Assembly: GCA_000004985.1 (NCBI GenBank)
Contig: GG738897.1
Length of the DNA: 64,000 nt
Reading direction: 5' to 3' (one strand)
From: Naegleria gruberi
Taxonomy: Eukaryota
Below are positions 62,469-64,000 of this stretch, one piece after another. The position numbers and the translations under genes are program-made. How positions within the stretch are numbered: position 1 is the stretch's first letter; every line of letters starts with the position of its first letter. Below the pieces are notes generated by a model that did no database searches, was not told where the DNA came from, and worked only from the letters and a program-made list of their open reading frames with translations.

Positions 62469-64000
62469 ATGAGTGAATCAGAATCATCACAAGAACAAGT
62501 TGAAATTCTAGATGATTTATCATATATACATAATTATAAAGATGATATATTATTATTAGATGAATTTTATTTATTAAATGATGAAAATGTTTACATTTCA
62601 TTAACTGATAATAATAATAAACAATCTATTTCTATATATGGAATATTATATAATAGTAATAAAATACCAAATAATTTAATTATAGATATGAATAATTTAA
62701 TTCATGAAGATTTAAATATAATAATTTCAAAATTAAAATTAGAATCAAAATTTATTGGAAAATTAATTAATTTTAATATTGAATATGATAAATGTAAAAA
62801 ACCAATAATTTTATTTACTATAAATAGAAATGATAAAATATTTGAATGTGAATGTCTAAGATGTGATTCAGATTATTTTAAAATTTTTAAAAAAATTTAT
62901 AATTTATCTTCAATTACATTTTGTTTAATTTTATCTATTTTTAAATTTCCTAAACATGGAATTAATAAAATTATAAATGAATCAAATTCAATTTCAAAAG
63001 AATTTAAATTAAATATAAATATAAATTTAGAAATAATTAAAAATAATTATAATTTTATTATTGATGAAATTCATAAATTAAATAATGAAAAAATATTTAA
63101 AAGTAAATTTATTAATGAAATTTCAAATATTTTATTTAATAATTCTGAAATGGAAGAATATTCATCAGATTCTTCAGATTCATCTGATTATGATTATAAA
63201 TTAACACCTAAAAAGGAAAGAAAACAATTAAAAAGAAAAAATGAAAATTTAAATTCTAAAAAAAGAAAAAAATTTAAAGAATTTAAAAATGAATTTGAAA
63301 TTGAATTTTTAAAAGATGAAAATTCTATTAAAATTAATAATGAAATTATTCAAGATGGAGAAGCAATATATTTATTTCCATATTTAGAATTATTTCCAGA
63401 TTTTTTAAAAAGTAAAATTGATATAAATTATTATCCTTATTTTATTTTTCAAATTAAATTTAAAAATAATGAAATTTATGGTAAAAGATTATTTAGACAT
63501 TATGATTTAGCCTTTTTAAGTTTAAAAAATAATTTAAATATTTTAACTAGAGATGTAAATGAATTATTTTTAGATGAAAATGAAATTTTAATTCCAATAC
63601 AAAAATACTATATAAGGAAATGTTATGTTTTTTATTTAATTGAAACAAATGAATTTGAATCAATTTCTAAAGATATAAGAGAACGAAGAGATATTTTTTA
63701 TTGTAAACATTTAATTAATATTAAAAATAATTTTCAAAATTTTGAATTACTAAATATAGAAAAATTATATTGTAAAAATATGTTTAATTTAATTGATAAT
63801 TATTCTAAATTTATTTTAAATAATTTAATTATTGAAAATGAAAATACAAGAAATTTATTAATTGGATTGGATTTATTTGGTGGATGTGGAGGTTTATCTT
63901 TTGGTTTATCTAAATCTGGAATTAATATGAAATATGCAATTGATAATAATATTGATGCTATAAATAATTTTCAATTAAATTTTAAAAATTCAAATACTTT
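62469..64000 (+). CDS. 5' part of a large DNA (cytosine-5)-methyltransferase gene. A ~480-aa N-terminal region is followed by C5-MTase motif I. The ORF is open at the window edge.
   Basis: Reading from ATG 62469 I get 510 sense codons with no stop through position 64000, in DNA that is ~85% AT (where random frames hit a stop every ~15 codons). The last 45 residues read LLIGLDLFGGCGGLSFGLSKSGINMKYAIDNNIDAINNFQLNF. This matches C5-MTase motif I and its following helix (L.LFSG.GG...G...AG......A.E.d..A..t...N). It is not in the ORF track because there is no in-window stop. It is preceded by a tiny uORF (ATGAATCAATGA at 62461). Confidence 0.7.
   Translation, partial: MSESESSQEQVEILDDLSYIHNYKDDILLLDEFYLLNDENVYISLTDNNNKQSISIYGILYNSNKIPNNLIIDMNNLIHEDLNIIISKLKLESKFIGKLINFNIEYDKCKKPIILFTINRNDKIFECECLRCDSDYFKIFKKIYNLSSITFCLILSIFKFPKHGINKIINESNSISKEFKLNININLEIIKNNYNFIIDEIHKLNNEKIFKSKFINEISNILFNNSEMEEYSSDSSDSSDYDYKLTPKKERKQLKRKNENLNSKKRKKFKEFKNEFEIEFLKDENSIKINNEIIQDGEAIYLFPYLELFPDFLKSKIDINYYPYFIFQIKFKNNEIYGKRLFRHYDLAFLSLKNNLNILTRDVNELFLDENEILIPIQKYYIRKCYVFYLIETNEFESISKDIRERRDIFYCKHLINIKNNFQNFELLNIEKLYCKNMFNLIDNYSKFILNNLIIENENTRNLLIGLDLFGGCGGLSFGLSKSGINMKYAIDNNIDAINNFQLNFKNSNT

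Noticed and set aside
1-64000. Interpretation as a prokaryotic locus with an operon or defence system (CRISPR, restriction-modification, toxin-antitoxin).
   Set aside because: Spliceosomal introns with GT-AG ends occur in most genes. Eukaryote-only gene families are present (TAF5, PRP3, Spo11, F-box/LRR, RGS, DH-RhoGEF, SNARE). Spacers are AT-rich with no Shine-Dalgarno organisation. No CRISPR-like direct repeat/spacer array is present. The C5-MTase at the right edge is a large eukaryote-type DNMT, not an R-M partner.
1-64000. Search for tRNA and rRNA genes in the less AT-rich intergenic islands (e.g. 3420-3560, 47800-47960, 54040-54130).
   Set aside because: None of the islands can be folded into a cloverleaf with a conserved GTTC(G/A)A T-loop and acceptor stem. 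No rRNA-like conserved blocks are present. I make no RNA gene call.

Overview
This window is gene-dense eukaryotic nuclear DNA, not prokaryotic. It is very AT-rich: intergenic and intronic stretches approach ~85-90% AT, while exons are clearly less AT-rich. I count about 40 protein-coding genes on both strands. Many are interrupted by short spliceosomal introns of 40-90 nt with GT...AG boundaries; the 5' splice sites seen are GTAAGT, GTATGT and, unusually often, GTAGGT. I reconstructed several splice junctions by hand. Examples are the TAF5 gene (three exons), the GPAT-family acyltransferase, lipoate-protein ligase, a GH15 hydrolase, pirin, an STPG-repeat protein, a TM2-domain protein, a VAMP7-like SNARE and a RhoGEF.

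Gene content is typical housekeeping and signalling. It includes phosphoglycerate kinase, COA6, a divergent actin-related protein, an odd ubiquitin-like protein, a GPAT-family acyltransferase, a bacterial-type GH15 glucoamylase/trehalase-like hydrolase, a TLDc protein, TAF5, a tandem-BRCT protein, a Spo11/TopoVIA homolog, Hikeshi, an ASF1-like small protein, PRP3, a longin R-SNARE, lipoate-protein ligase, two F-box/LRR proteins, a DH-domain RhoGEF, Tsr3, an RGS-domain protein, an SR-like RRM protein, a sperm-tail PG-rich (STPG) repeat protein, pirin, a GT32 (Och1-like) glycosyltransferase and a large multi-exon RCC1-repeat + protein kinase gene. At the right edge there is an open 510-codon ORF ending in DNA (cytosine-5) methyltransferase motif I; it is absent from the ORF track because it has no stop codon inside the window.

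The Asn/Gln-rich low-complexity coding and the extreme AT bias resemble dictyostelid or other AT-rich amoebozoan/protist genomes. However, the combination of a Spo11 gene, a flagellar-type STPG gene and a large (non-Dnmt2) C5-MTase argues against Dictyostelium discoideum itself. I cannot assign the organism from sequence alone.

No rRNA, tRNA, CRISPR or transposon is evident. The ORF track treats TTG/GTG as starts, so I moved several starts to the first ATG. My hand-read coordinates at splice junctions may be off by 1-2 nt.
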